A stretch of DNA of 64,000 nt. It comes from Paragordius varius (Eukaryota > Animalia > Nematomorpha). Both the position numbers and the translations under genes were made by a program. The first letter of the stretch is position 1. Every line of letters starts with the position of its first letter. A model generated the notes under the pieces. It searched no databases, was not told the origin of the DNA, and saw nothing but the letters and a program-made list of their open reading frames with translations. Shown piece after piece: positions 9,294-22,465 of the stretch. Where the stretch lies: the NCBI GenBank assembly GCA_964247055.1, contig OZ176056.1, forward strand, positions 8,618,001 to 8,682,000, written 5' to 3'.

Positions 9294-11435
9294 TAAAACA
9301 TATATTGTAATATAAATTTAAATTAACTGAACACGTTTGAAAAACATCGCCATAGAGATAAAAGTATTTATCGACAATAATTAAAGAATATTCTTAAAGA
9401 GATATAAATTAAAATGACAAATAAGACCATTGTTCAAAGTTATTTGAAAAAATGTAATTTATTCAAAAAATTCATTAATAAACTATAATAAAGGTATATT
9501 ATATATTATTTAAATTATGGTATAAATTTATCACCTAATCAATAAAAGTGAATCAAAATATTATTCAATAAACTTGGGATTTATAAATAAAAATAAAAAC
9601 ATTTTACAATAATTTAAATTAATGAATTATTAGTGATAAAAAGGTAAGTATTCTAATATATTCATTAAAATTAGTTATTTATAATATAATTATTTATAAA
9701 AATTACTAAACTAAAAAGAGGTATATTATCTATTTTCTAAATAAAAAACAGCTGAAAAAACTAGTTACCAAAATTTTAATATTAAACTTAAAATTAATGA
9801 AATTTTAAATATACAAAAAATCATTAGTTAAGAAAGTCTCCAATTTAAATTTGTTTATAATTGGTGATAAAAAATTTAATTTATATTAATTTTATTTTTA
9901 CGTTTGACAAATATTACTTGTAGTAATCAAAAATTTTAGTTATCAAAAATATAATTATCTAAACAGCTGACCATGAAAATTGGTTATTTAATACACTGTA
10001 AGACAGAAAAACAGATATTTTAATTTGATAATATTTAAAAAAAGAGATTCTTATCAATAGATTACTATAGAAATATTCTAAATTAGTTGTTTGTTGTTCT
10101 TATATCTTAGCAAAAATTCTTTAAGAGCCAAAATTTTGAAAAACTCAGGTAACTTTATATAAAAATATTTAAATAATGGTTAAGATATACCATAATAACT
10201 TTGGAGATTTTGACTTTTCCGCGCACACAATGTTCAGATACCACATCATTCTAATTGAATATAAAATAATGTTTAATAATTAAATGAATATTTTTTCTTT
10301 AACAGAAATGCTGGTTGTTATATAGTTTTTTCAATCATAGTTAACGGTTTATTAATGATATTTAGCGTTGTTTTAAAAAAATGCGTTCACAAAAACATTA
10401 TAGCGGTTATTTCTTATTTATTACTAATTAACAAAAAATAAATAAATTGATTAATATTTAGCTTTTTTAGGAAAAAAAACAAATTAACTATTTATTTCTA
10501 ATAAAATTTAGCGTTTTTTGATGAAAATTAGGTTAAATGTAATCATTTATATAAGAATGAAAAACATAGTTTTGAAAATATCAAAAACAAACAGCTGTTA
10601 CGGCTAATTCAATTAAATTGAAAAAAACATATATATTTAGCTAAAATTCTGCTAAAAAAATTTTTTTTATACTGCCCTGTAGTTTTTCAAAATTATCTTA
10701 CAGTAATTTATATCAGCTGATTTTTAATAAATATTGGAGAATAATTATTAAATTTGGCTGTTTTAATAAAAAAATACTAATTGCATATTTTGGCTGTAGT
10801 TAAAAAATTTTATAAAAAAATATCAGTTTTTAATTATAATTGAACTGTATTATAAAGGATATCAACATAACTCTCCTATTAGAAATAGCTAGGGGTTTAT
10901 TGGTATATAACTATATTATTAAAATCCAACTGTTTCTAAGCAATTAAATAACTTATAAAACCAAGGTTTTAATTAGGTTATTTATATGCATATTCAAATT
11001 TTTAAAAGGAGCTCTGTTTTAGAGTTTTTTTAAAAAATATAAGCTAATTAACGGGTATAAAAATTTAAGCTTTTTACAAAAAATTTACTCTTTAAAAACC
11101 TAATTAATCAACTTTTTTTATAAATGTGGCATTTGGATAATTAAAGTAAAAATAAATACCAAATTCCGAAATATTCAAGGCTTACATTTTTTATTACGAT
11201 TCGTTTCAGTTTTTGCGCAAATAATCGATTAAGGCAACGCATTTCTATATTAATATAAGGTAAAAATTATAAATTGTTATATAAAAATATATTATTAAAC
11301 AGTATTTTTAATAAATCAACTGTATAAATTAATCATCAGTTAAAAGAAACCATAAATAATCAACTGTACAAATAAATAAACTGTTTTAAATATTATGAAC
11401 TATTTAGATAAATTAAATAAATCAGCTGATTATAT

Positions 11436-13495
11436 AAACAACTGAATAATAAAACAACTGAATAATAAAACAACTGAATAATAAAACAACTGAATAATAA
11501 AACAACTGAATAATAAAACAACTAAATAATAAAACAACTGAATAATAAAACAACTGAATAATAAAACAACTGAATAATAAAAACAACTGAATAATAAAAA
11601 CAACTGAATAATAAAAACAACTGAATAATAAAAACAACTGAATAATAAAAACAACTGAATAATAAAAACAACTGAATAATAAAAACAACTGAATAATAAA
11701 AACAACTGAATAATAAAAACAACTGAATAATAAAAACAACTGAATAATAAAAACAACTGAATAATAAAAACAACTGAATAATAAAAACAACTGAATAATA
11801 AAAACAACTGAATAATAAAAACAACTGAATAATAAAAACAACTGAATAATAAAAACAACTGAATAATAAAAACAACTGAATAATAAAAACAACTGAATAA
11901 TAAAAACAACTGAATAATAAAAACAACTGAATAATAAAAACAACTGAATAATAAAAACAACTGATTATTAAAAACCACTGATTAATAAAAACAACTGATT
12001 AATAAAAACAACTGATTAATAAAAACAACTGATTAATAAAAACAACTGAATAATAAAAACAACTGATTATTTAAACAACTGATTAATTAAAACAACTGAT
12101 TATTTAAACAACTGATTAATTAAAACAACTGATTAATTAAAACAACTGGTTGAATAAAAACAAATGATTAATTAAAACAACTGGTTGAATCAAAACAACT
12201 GATTGATAAAAACAACTGATTGATAAAAACAACTGATTGATAAAAACAAATAATTAATAATGACAACTGATTGATAAAAACAACTGAATAATAAAAACAA
12301 CTGAATAATAAAAACAACTGAATAATAAAAACAACTGAATAATAAAAACAACTGAATAATAAAAACAACTGAATAATAAAAACAACTGAATAATAAAAAC
12401 AACTGAATAATAAAAACAACTGAATAATAAAAACAACTGAATAATAAAAACAACTGAATAATAAAAACAACTGAATAATAAAAACAACTGAATAATAAAA
12501 ACAACTGAATAATAAAAACAACTGAATAATAAAAACAACTGAATAATAAAAACAACTGATTATTAAAAACCACTGATTAATAAAAACAACTGATTAATAA
12601 AAACAACTGATTAATAAAAACAACTGATTAATAAAAACAACTGAATAATAAAAACAACTGATTATTTAAACAACTGATTAATTAAAACAACTGATTATTT
12701 AAACAACTGATTAATTAAAACAACTGATTAATTAAAACAACTGGTTGAATAAAAACAAATGATTAATTAAAACAACTGGTTGAATCAAAACAACTGATTG
12801 ATAAAAACAACTGATTGATAAAAACAACTGATTGATAAAAACAAATAATTAATAATGACAACTGATTGATAAAAACAACTGAATAATAAAAACAACTGAA
12901 TAATAAAAACAACTGAATAATAAAACAACTGAATAATAAAAACAACTGAATAATAAAAACAACTGAATAATAAAAACAACTGAATAATAAAAACAACTGA
13001 ATAATAAAAACAACTGAATAATAAAAACAACTGAATAATAAAAACAACTGATTAATAAAAACAACTGATTAATAAAAACAACTGATTAATAAAAACACCT
13101 GATTAATAAAAACAACTGAATAATAAAAACAACTGAATAATAAAAACAACTGAATAATAAAAACAACTGAATAATAAAAACAACTGAATAATAAAAACAA
13201 CTGAATAATAAAAACAACTGAATAATAAAAACAACTGAATAATAAAAACAACTGAATAATAAAAACAACTGATTAATAAAAACAACTGATTAATAAAAAC
13301 AACTGATTAATAAAAAAAACTGATTAATAAAAACAACTGATTAATAAAAACAACTGATTAATTTAAACAACTGATTAATTAAAAACAACTGATTGATAAA
13401 AACAACTGATTGATAAAAACAACTGATTGATAAAAACAAATAATTAATAATGACAACTGATAAATTAAAAAACCTGAAATATCAAAACAACTCAA
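11436..13495. repeat. 17-bp satellite (AAAAACAACTGAATAAT)n with 16-bp and variant units and a 595-bp higher-order duplication
   Basis: Directly visible; explains all the 17-aa-periodic minus-strand ORFs. Confidence 0.97.
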
Positions 13496-13910
13496 ATTAA
13501 AAAACAAATATTTTAAAAAATTTTAAAACATTTAATATAACTATAATATTAATCAAGAATTTGAATTATTAAACTGTAAAAAATTACCAATTCAAAAATA
13601 TCAAGCCAAAATCCTTTGCTTTACGATTTGTTTGAGTTTTTGCGCAAATAATTGATTGAGGCAACACATTCTAAAAAAATAATGAAAATATATAAATTGA
13701 ATATAAACGATTAATTACAATATAATAATTCAAAAAAACGCTATTTAAGAATGAATGATATGTTTTGTGTTTAATTATCTAAAAAACCAATTTGCTGGCA
13801 TTCAAGTAATTTTGCCGAATTGAGCGAATTAATATTTATAATGAAAGCATTTTTTTAAACTTTCCGATTTTTAGAATTATTATCAGTACAAAATTTGGGT
13901 TTATAGGCAT

Positions 13911-16790
13911 ATTTTTAACCGATTACCAAATTTTAAGAAAATTTTAACCGATTTTAGCAAATCTTAAAAAAACTTTAACCGATTTTTAGCCTATTATAAG
14001 AAAACTTTAACCGATTTTTAGCCTATTATAAGGAAACTTTAACCGATTTTTAGCCTATTATAAGGAAACTTTAACCGATTTTTAGGCAAATTAGTAAAAA
14101 ACTTTAACGCATTTTTAGCATATTTTAACCGATTTTCAGCAAATTCTAAGGAAACTTTAACCAATTTTTAGCAAATTTTAGGGTAACTTTAACCGATTTT
14201 TAGCAAAACTTAAGGAAACTTTAACCGATTTTTAGCAAATTTTAGGGTAACTTTAACCGATTTTTAACAAAACTGAAGGAAACTTTAACCAATTTTTAGC
14301 AAATTTTAAGGAATCTTTAACCGATTTTTAGCCTTTTTATAAGGAAACTTTAACTGATTATTAGCAAATTTTAAGGAAACTTTAACCGATTTTTAGCCTA
14401 TTATAAGGAAACTTTAACCGATTTTAGCAAATTTTAGGGAAACTTTAACCGATTTTTAGCAAATTTTAAGGAAACTTTAACCGATTTTTAGCAAATTTTA
14501 AGGAAACTTTAACCGATTTTTAGCAAATTTTAAGGAAACTTTAACCGATTTTTAGCAAATTTCAGGGAAACTTTAACCGATTTTTAACAAAACTTAAGGA
14601 AACTTTAACCGATTTTTAACAAAACTTAAGGAAAGTTTAACCGATTTTTAGCAAATTTCAGGGAAACTTTAACCGATTTTTAGCAAATTTTAAGGAATCT
14701 TTAACCGATTTTTACCAAATTTTAAGAAAATTTTAACCGATTTTAGCAAATCTTAAGAAAACTTTAACCGATTTTTAGCAAATTTTAAGAAAACTTTAAT
14801 CGATTTTTAACAAAACTTAAGGAAACTTTAACCAATTTTTAGCAAATTTTAGGGAAACTTTAACCGATTTTTAACATTAAGGAAACTTTAACCGATTTTT
14901 AACAAAACTTAAGGAAACTTTAACCGATTTTTAGCAAATTTCAGGGAAACTTTAACCGATTTTTAGCAAATTTTAAGGAATCTTTAACCGATTTTTTGCA
15001 ATTTTTAAGGAAATTTTAACCGATTTTTAACAAAACTTAAGGAAACATTAACCGATTTTTAGCAAATTTCAGGGAAACTTTAACCGATTTTTAACAAAAC
15101 TTAAGGAAACTTTAACCGATTTTTAACAAAACTTAAGGAAACTTTAACCGATTTTTAGCAAATTTCAGGGAAACTTTAACCGATTTTTAACAAAACTGAA
15201 GGAAACTTTAACCGATTTTTAACAAAACTGAAGGAAACTTTAACCGATTTTTAACAAAACTTAAGGAAACTTTAACCGATTTTTAGCAAATTTTAGGGTA
15301 ACTTTAACCGATTTTTAACAAAACTGAAGGAAACTTTAACCGATTTTTAGCAAATTTCAGGGAAACTTTAACCGATTTTTAACAAAACTTAAGGAAACTT
15401 TAACCGATTTTTAGCAAATTTCAGGGAAACTTTAACCGATTTTTAACAAAACTTAAGGAAACTCTAACCGATTTTTAACAAAACTTAAGGAAACTTTAAC
15501 CGATTTTTAGCAAATTTCAGGGAAACTTTAACCGATTTTTAACAAAACTGAAGGAAACTTTAACCGATTTTTAACAAAACTGAAGGAAACTTTAACCGAT
15601 TTTTAACAAAACTGAAGGAAACTTTAACCGATTTTTAACAAAACTTAAGGAAACTTTAACCGATTTTTAGCAAATTTTAGGGTAACTTTAACCGATTTTT
15701 AACAAAACTGAAGGAAACTTTAACCGATTTTAGCAAATTTTAGGAAAACTTTAACCGATTATTAGCCTATTATAAGGAAACTTTAACCGATTTTAGCAAA
15801 TTTTAGGGAAACTTTAACCGATTTTTAGCAAATTTTAAGGAAACTTTAATCGATTTTTAACAAAACTTAAGGAAACTTTAACCGATTTTTAGTAAATTTT
15901 AAGGAAATTTTAGCAAATTTTGAAAAATTTTAACCGATTTTTAGCAAATTTTAAGGAAACTTTAACCGATTTTTAGCAAATTTTAAGGAAATTTTAACCG
16001 ATTTTTAGCAAATTTCAGGGAAACTTTAACCAATTTTTAGCAAATTTTAGGGAAACTTTAACCGATTTTTAACAAAACTTAAGGAAACTTTAACCGATTT
16101 TTAGCAAATTTCAGGGAATCTTTAACCGATTTTTAACAAAACTTAAGGAAACTTTAACCAATTTTTAGCAAATTTTAGGGAAACTTTAACCGATTTTTAT
16201 CAAAACTTAAGGAAACTTTAACCGATTTTTAGCAAATTTCAGGGAAACTTTAACCGATTTTTAACAAAACTTAAGGAAACTTTAACCAATTTTTAGCAAA
16301 TTTTAAGGAAACTTTAACCGATTTTTAGCAAATTTCAGGCAAACTTTAACCGATTTTTAACAAAACTGAAGGAAACTTTAACCGATTTTTAACAAAACTG
16401 AAGGAATCTTTAACCGATTTTTACCAAATTTTAAGAAAATTTTAACCGATTTTAGCAAATCTTAAGAAAACTTTAACCTATTATTAGCAAATTTTAAGAA
16501 AACTTTAACCGATTATTAGCAAATTTTAAGAAAACTTTAACCGATTATTAGCCTATTATAAGAAAACTTTAACCGATTTTTAGCCTATTATAAGGAAACT
16601 TTAACCGATTTTAGCAAATTTTAAGGAAATTTTAACCGATTTTTAGGCAAATTAGTAAAAAACTTTAACGCATTTTTAGCATATTTTAACCGATTTTTAG
16701 CTAAATTTAAGAAAATTTTAACCGTTTTTAGGAATTGTTAAGAAAGAAACTTTAACCGATTTTTTTTAAGGTAACTTTAACCGATTTTTA
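13911..16790. repeat. ~32-bp satellite (AAACTTTAACCGATTTTTAGCAAATTTTAAGG)n with interspersed variant monomers
   Basis: 32-nt period visible at, e.g., 14461/14493. Constant core AAACTTTAACCGATTTTTA plus a small set of variant halves. Confidence 0.97.
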
Positions 16791-17662
16791 AATTGATTTT
16801 TATTTAATTTCTCATTTTTTTAACAAACTTTAAACAATTTTAAATAATTTTAGTGTATTTTTAAGAAACTTTAATACCATTTTTTTACTTTTTTTGAACC
16901 ACCTTAAGTCATTTTATGTAAGAAAAAATAGAAGACACGAAAAGAAGGCGTGATATCAATTATACGCCCGAAAACCCAAAACCAATTTGTTGTACATAAT
17001 TTATATACTAGGAATTTTTTAGAGGAGGGCTGGTCAACTAGCGGCTCCTTAAATATTGAGGCTGCCGCGAGAAATTTATATACAAGTTTTTAAAAAATTT
17101 AAGGAAAATTGATTATCTTAAACAAATTTTCTGAATAAATTTTTCCGGAATTTTGGCAATTTCCTAAAAAAATGATAACAAAATAGTGGTTTTTACAGTA
17201 TCATTTATAATATCTAATAAAATGTTAGTTAATGCCCATATATTTAGCCAATGCGGACCGCGAAGCCATAGAATATGAATTTATTTTTTAAGAAATTAAA
17301 TTTTATAGGACGAGCATGCACCTAAAAAATAATAACATAAGTTCAGCTTTATATGTTAACACTTCCTCTCCATTATCAAAAAATTTTTACAAAATTTTAG
17401 AGAAAGAAATTCAATACTAAAATATTTTACCAAGAGCTATAATTTATGTAAAATTATTTTAAAATGCAAAGATATTTTAGATTTCGAAACAAGCAAGCAT
17501 CTAAATAATTATAACATATGTTCACCTTTCTATTTCATCTTCCTCAAACAAATGAAAAAAAAATAAATTTTAAAAGATCAAGAAACTTACTTGTTAGCAA
17601 TATAGTATCATAATTGGACATTTATTCTTTTTTTAAAAAAACTGGATAATAATAAAATATTA

Positions 17663-17790
17663 CTAGGTTTGTGTTAAAATTTGCCAGATAGAATTGCCAA
17701 GTAAATGACTAATAGAAAGAAAAGATTCTTTTTGAAGTTAATAAATGTTCCTTATCATTCGTATCTGGCAATATTTTAATGCAAACCCAG
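17663..17790. mobile_element. Small MITE-like element with ~28 bp imperfect TIRs
   Basis: CTAGGTTTGTGTTAAAATTTGCCAGATA versus TATCTGGCAATATTTTAATGCAAACCCAG; copy at ~40510-40640. Confidence 0.55.
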
Positions 17791-19709
17791 AAATGATTCG
17801 TAATTATACTGTATATATATAAAACATGCAAAACTTACATACATTGTTTGATCAGAATTGTATTAAAACGTATTTTCCCATTTCAGTCGTATAATATCAA
17901 CCATGTTTCCAATACTTTGTCGTTTTATTGTGGTCGATTGTTTCCAAGATTTGGTTGGACAGCTTCCTTTTTTCAATTAACAATGGTATTCTAATGATTA
18001 AGTATAAACAATTTACCTTATTATATAGTAATGGCAATACATTGTATAGCTGGAGAGATCAAGACATGACAAGGGAAGTTGCATATGCACCCAATCTATC
18101 CACCCATTTCAAAAAATGTGCGAGGAAAAAAAATTAAGTAAATGAAAAAAATGCAAAATTTTCGCCCTTTATATAGGGCATAATGTATATGTTATCTTTT
18201 TATCCAATCAAATTAATGTGTGCATTTGCGCCTTTTTCCCCCTTCTGGAAAAATGTTTCACATTCTTTTCCCTCTCTTTATTGCGCAACATTGTTTGGGC
18301 GCCTCTATTATATTATTATTCCCCCCCCCCCCATGTGCACATTCCAATAAAACATATAATATTATATATGATTCATCATATCTAAAAATAATCCTTTTTA
18401 TTACAATAATGCTATTTGGCTGGCGCCTATAAAGAAATGTAAATAAAATTCGGAGAAAAATATGTTAAAAAAATATGGCAATAATATTTTAACAATCTTT
18501 ATTAATTATAAATGAAAAATTTAAATTTATTTTCTTACTAAAATGTTTGATTACACAAATGGCTAATAGCAAAAATTAATTAATTAATTAATCTAATTTG
18601 TTTCAATATTAAAAAAAATAATTTTTCATAGAGGTATTTAAGTTTTAACCTGTGTAATTTGATTAATATATTGGTTTATAATTTAGTGTTCTTAGGTTTT
18701 TTTATATAAAACAGAATGTTTAAAGGCTTTTATAGATTATTATATAAAGATTTTAAATTATTTATTTTTGATTTTTTTCAAATGGTTTCTGCAATCATTT
18801 AATGTCAATTAATGTTATAATCAACTAACCTTCAACAACAAAGAGCTCTGAATTACGTTTTTTGAGTTTCCATCCAAAATAATTATAAATCATCACAGAT
18901 AATTATATTTAGGTAAAAGATATTCAAAATGTGCTTAAGCTTACGTAGATATTATTCTTTCTTAATCCATACTAATATATATATATTAGTAATCAATCAG
19001 ATATAAGTTATTATTTTGTTTTAATTCAACTAAAAAATTTGTAAATATAAGCATGAGAATAAGTTGTGTCCTGTGAGGATAAGGGTTATTGTAAGAAGCT
19101 TGGTTTCAGTTTTTGAATAGAAGGCCGAAACTCTGTCTTTTATTAAAAGTTACCTTTATTAAAACTAAATTTTAACTTTTTGTATACCATAGAACGAGAC
19201 AGAATATCGGGGACTTGCTATCTTAATATTAATTAACCTTTAAAAGTGTAATAATTCTCAACTGTCAAATGGTTGAATCCTAATTATTTTTGTTTAAAAT
19301 ATAATGGATTATTAATTAAATTATCCCGAAACCTTCTAAGCTTGCAATGTTAATTTCCTATCATTCATGCGAAATTATTTATAGTTCAATTTAAAAGTTA
19401 ATAAACAGTTCAATTAAAATATTAACAAATCTTTTAAAAGTCAATCAAGGGAGTTTCTTCATTCAATAACTATATATAACCACACGACAATAACGCGAAC
19501 AAACTAAAACACGATAACAATGTTGGATAAAAAAATAATTAATTCGTTCATTTTTTTAATAATTAGTTCCGGTTTTTAAAAGCTGAATTGTAATCTTTTC
19601 AAACGGCAGACATTTATCTTCTTTACTTTAATTGAAAAACCAATAAAAATCTTTGGTTATATGATTAAAAATGTAAATCATTTCAATCTCTAGTTCATAG
19701 TATGATATA

Positions 19710-19825
19710 AGGTTTCGACTTTGTGGGCTAGGGTTAGGGTGAGGGATTGAAGTTGGTTCATTTTTTTAAAGAAGTCCACAGGACTTCCTCGGGCTGCGAA
19801 GCAGGCCGAGACCCACGTATTTTCT
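19710..19825 (+). mobile_element. ~115 bp G-tract/double-hairpin element, inverted copy
   Basis: GGGCTAGGGTTAGGGTGAGGG...GAAGTCCACAGGACTTC CTCGGGCTGCGAAGCAGGCCGAG ACCCACG. Confidence 0.75.
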
Positions 19826-20579
19826 TACTACTTATACCTTATATTTATGATTAATTTTATAAGGTCACCAATTATAATTTATAAATAATACAGAGATAAG
19901 TAAATAAAGTTGAATTTTATTAGGAAATAATTAAAGATCCGTGCTAGTATTTTTAAAGAAGAACAGTGGATTAATCTTTTTATAACTAAAAGGACTTGCA
20001 AACATTACATACCATGTTTACATATAATTTTTATTATCCAAAACTTTAATATATTTCATATAGTTTAGGAACAGTTTTATAATTTTATCTTCGTTATAAG
20101 AATTTCGTAGTAGCTACAAATATTCATATTATATTCTGTTTAATTTATCAGCTATGTTTTGTACTTCATCTTAATTAAATCTATTCAATAAATCTAATAT
20201 AAATTATAAAAAATTTCTTTATTTGAATTTAGTTATTAATTATTTCCAAACACTTAGGATGCTTTGTCCAAACTAGACCACCTATATTTAAAAATAAAAA
20301 TTTAATTCGAAACATAGTTAAATTTAAAACTTATTTCGTTTTTAATTCTATATTAATAGCATTTTAAGTTTGATTCATTACTAATTTTAAAATTGATTAA
20401 GGTCCTAGAATTGAATTTAGGTATCTGTGGGAAAAATTGTGCATTGCTCTAAGTTACATGGTTTGAAGAATAAAATGTCAAGTAAACGAATTATATATTT
20501 ATTTCTATATGTGTAAGACTCATTTCATATGTTTTTGGGATGAAATAACCCTAACCAACTCATATTTGGATAAACTTTA

Positions 20580-20647
20580 AGGCTTTCGACTTTGTGGACT
20601 AGGGTTAGGGTGAGGGATTGGAGTTGGTTCATTTTCTTAAAGAAGTC
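20580..20647 (+). mobile_element. Truncated copy of the ~115 bp element (ends inside the first hairpin arm)
   Basis: GGCTTTCGACTTTGTGGACTAGGGTTAGGGTGAGGGATTGGAGTTGGTTCATTTTCTTAAAGAAGTC, then unrelated sequence. Confidence 0.7.
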
Positions 20648-21851
20648 ACCCTTCATCCAATTTGAAGAGGTTCATGAATATTATTTGCTAAATCTGTGTT
20701 TTCCTATTATAAATTTAATTAAACTCACTATGACATCGCTTATATGTAAATATAAAAAAATATTTTTATCAAACCTGGATACTATCGCAACAAAACCATT
20801 TATGAATTTAAATCGAAGAATTGTTTATAATATAGTATTTTCATCATAAATTCTTAATTCAAAATGGTGTTTTATACGAAAATAAATTTCCAGATTACGC
20901 AAATTAGTAGCAGAGGAAAATCAATGATATAAGCGTTCAGTCCGATATAAGGGATTGCAATTGTTTTAGGGTAAAAGAAGACTTGTAAGCAATAAAGTGC
21001 TTATAAAATTTAATTTTAAATTTTTCTAATAAATTTGATCAAAATAATTGTAAATATCGAAGTTAATACTCTAATATATATATATAAAATTACTAATGAT
21101 GGATAAGAGGATTTGATTTGTCAAATTACCTATGAATGTAAAATAGTTAGTTTAAAACCGAATAATATTAGTGAGCAAATCCTAAAATGATAAAATATGT
21201 TTATTGGAGAATGAATATAAGTTAAAGTTTAATTAATTATAGTTTACCCAAGGTATAATATACAAGAGGCATCAATACAATTTAAATATTAAATAGCCAT
21301 ATTATAAAAATTTATTTATATTCTCATCTCTATCGGAGACAAAAATATTTTTTCATGTCATACCACATAAATAATTATATTAAAAAATCAACATTAACGA
21401 TATAAGTTAATTTTATTTAACTAATTCCAAATTTTTTAATCCAAATTCATTTCTCTTTTGCTAGGTGGAATTCATACATACATAAATTCAAAAATTTGCT
21501 TCACAATACTAAATTCGGACAGGATGGTTCATTATATGTCTACTTTGTTTCGGAAAAGTTATGGCTTTTTGAATGCGTTTAGTTGAAAATATTTTACATT
21601 TTTCAATGGATATCACAGAATTATGACAAACTAAAAACTTTAATTTGTTGTGGAAAGCAAATGTGAGCCTGATTCCGTATTAAATTTGGAAATTAACTCA
21701 AATTGTATGGATCTTGCAGTGAGTAGCAAATATAATTGTTTATTTATTTTTGCGTTCTATTTTGGACTTTATATAAGGATTATTTTCTTTAAAAAACTTA
21801 AAATATATACGCAAATTTTTATATATTTTTTTGTTTTGAGTATTATTTTAG

Positions 21852-22016
<165 letters not shown>

Positions 22017-22465
22017 TAACACATAATTCACATACACATAACATCATTTTTAAATATCTTTAACTGTTTTCTATCAGGTTTCTTTTAATTAAGCTTCAAA
22101 TATTATATAATTAATCATACACACAATGCACACAATATTCTATTGGATTATATATAATAAAATAGGTCAAAAATTAATAGGTTGCTTTTAATTTCGGGAC
22201 GAATCATCTCAAAATTCCAAATTATCCCCATTTTTTTATAATATTTTTAGGATAACAAAAACTCTTTATGTATAATATATATATATATAGGATAAACTTG
22301 AAAAGAATTGATTAAGTTTAATTGGGACTTTCGTAGATATTAAGTTTTTATACCACTGAATAGGTCATCTAATGGTAACAAAGTGATAAGAAGCACTATA
22401 TGAAATTATATGTGATTAGAATTTCAAAATAGGTTATTTTAGATATATTTTGGTCAAATTTTAAA

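Larger units (their letters stand above)
1..21469. repeat. Macro-repeat unit 1 (tandem segmental repeat; start set by the window edge)
   Basis: Position 1 (ATTCATACATACATAAATTC) recurs at 21470 and 44310, with colinear similarity over the whole unit. The ORF track also repeats (1011/22466/45310; 6462/27936/53587). Confidence 0.95.

Noticed and set aside
11422-13285. Many overlapping hydrophobic minus-strand ORFs (FLLFSCFYYSVVFIIQL repeats), also at 36280-36854 and 61932-62506
   Set aside because: The reverse complement of the 17-bp monomer has no stop codon in any frame, so these are by-products of the satellite; their length varies with array size.
13911-16790. CRISPR-like appearance (constant repeat plus variable segment)
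   Set aside because: The variable parts are only ~13 nt and recur from a handful of related variants rather than being unique spacers. There are no cas genes and the context is eukaryotic.
17928-18432. Short plus-strand ORFs and a possible 26-nt minus-strand intron (17991-18016, GTAAATT...CTTAATCATTAG)
   Set aside because: Neither spliced nor unspliced translations resemble anything I know, the frames are short, and the C-run length varies between units. A lone GT..AG 26-mer is expected by chance.
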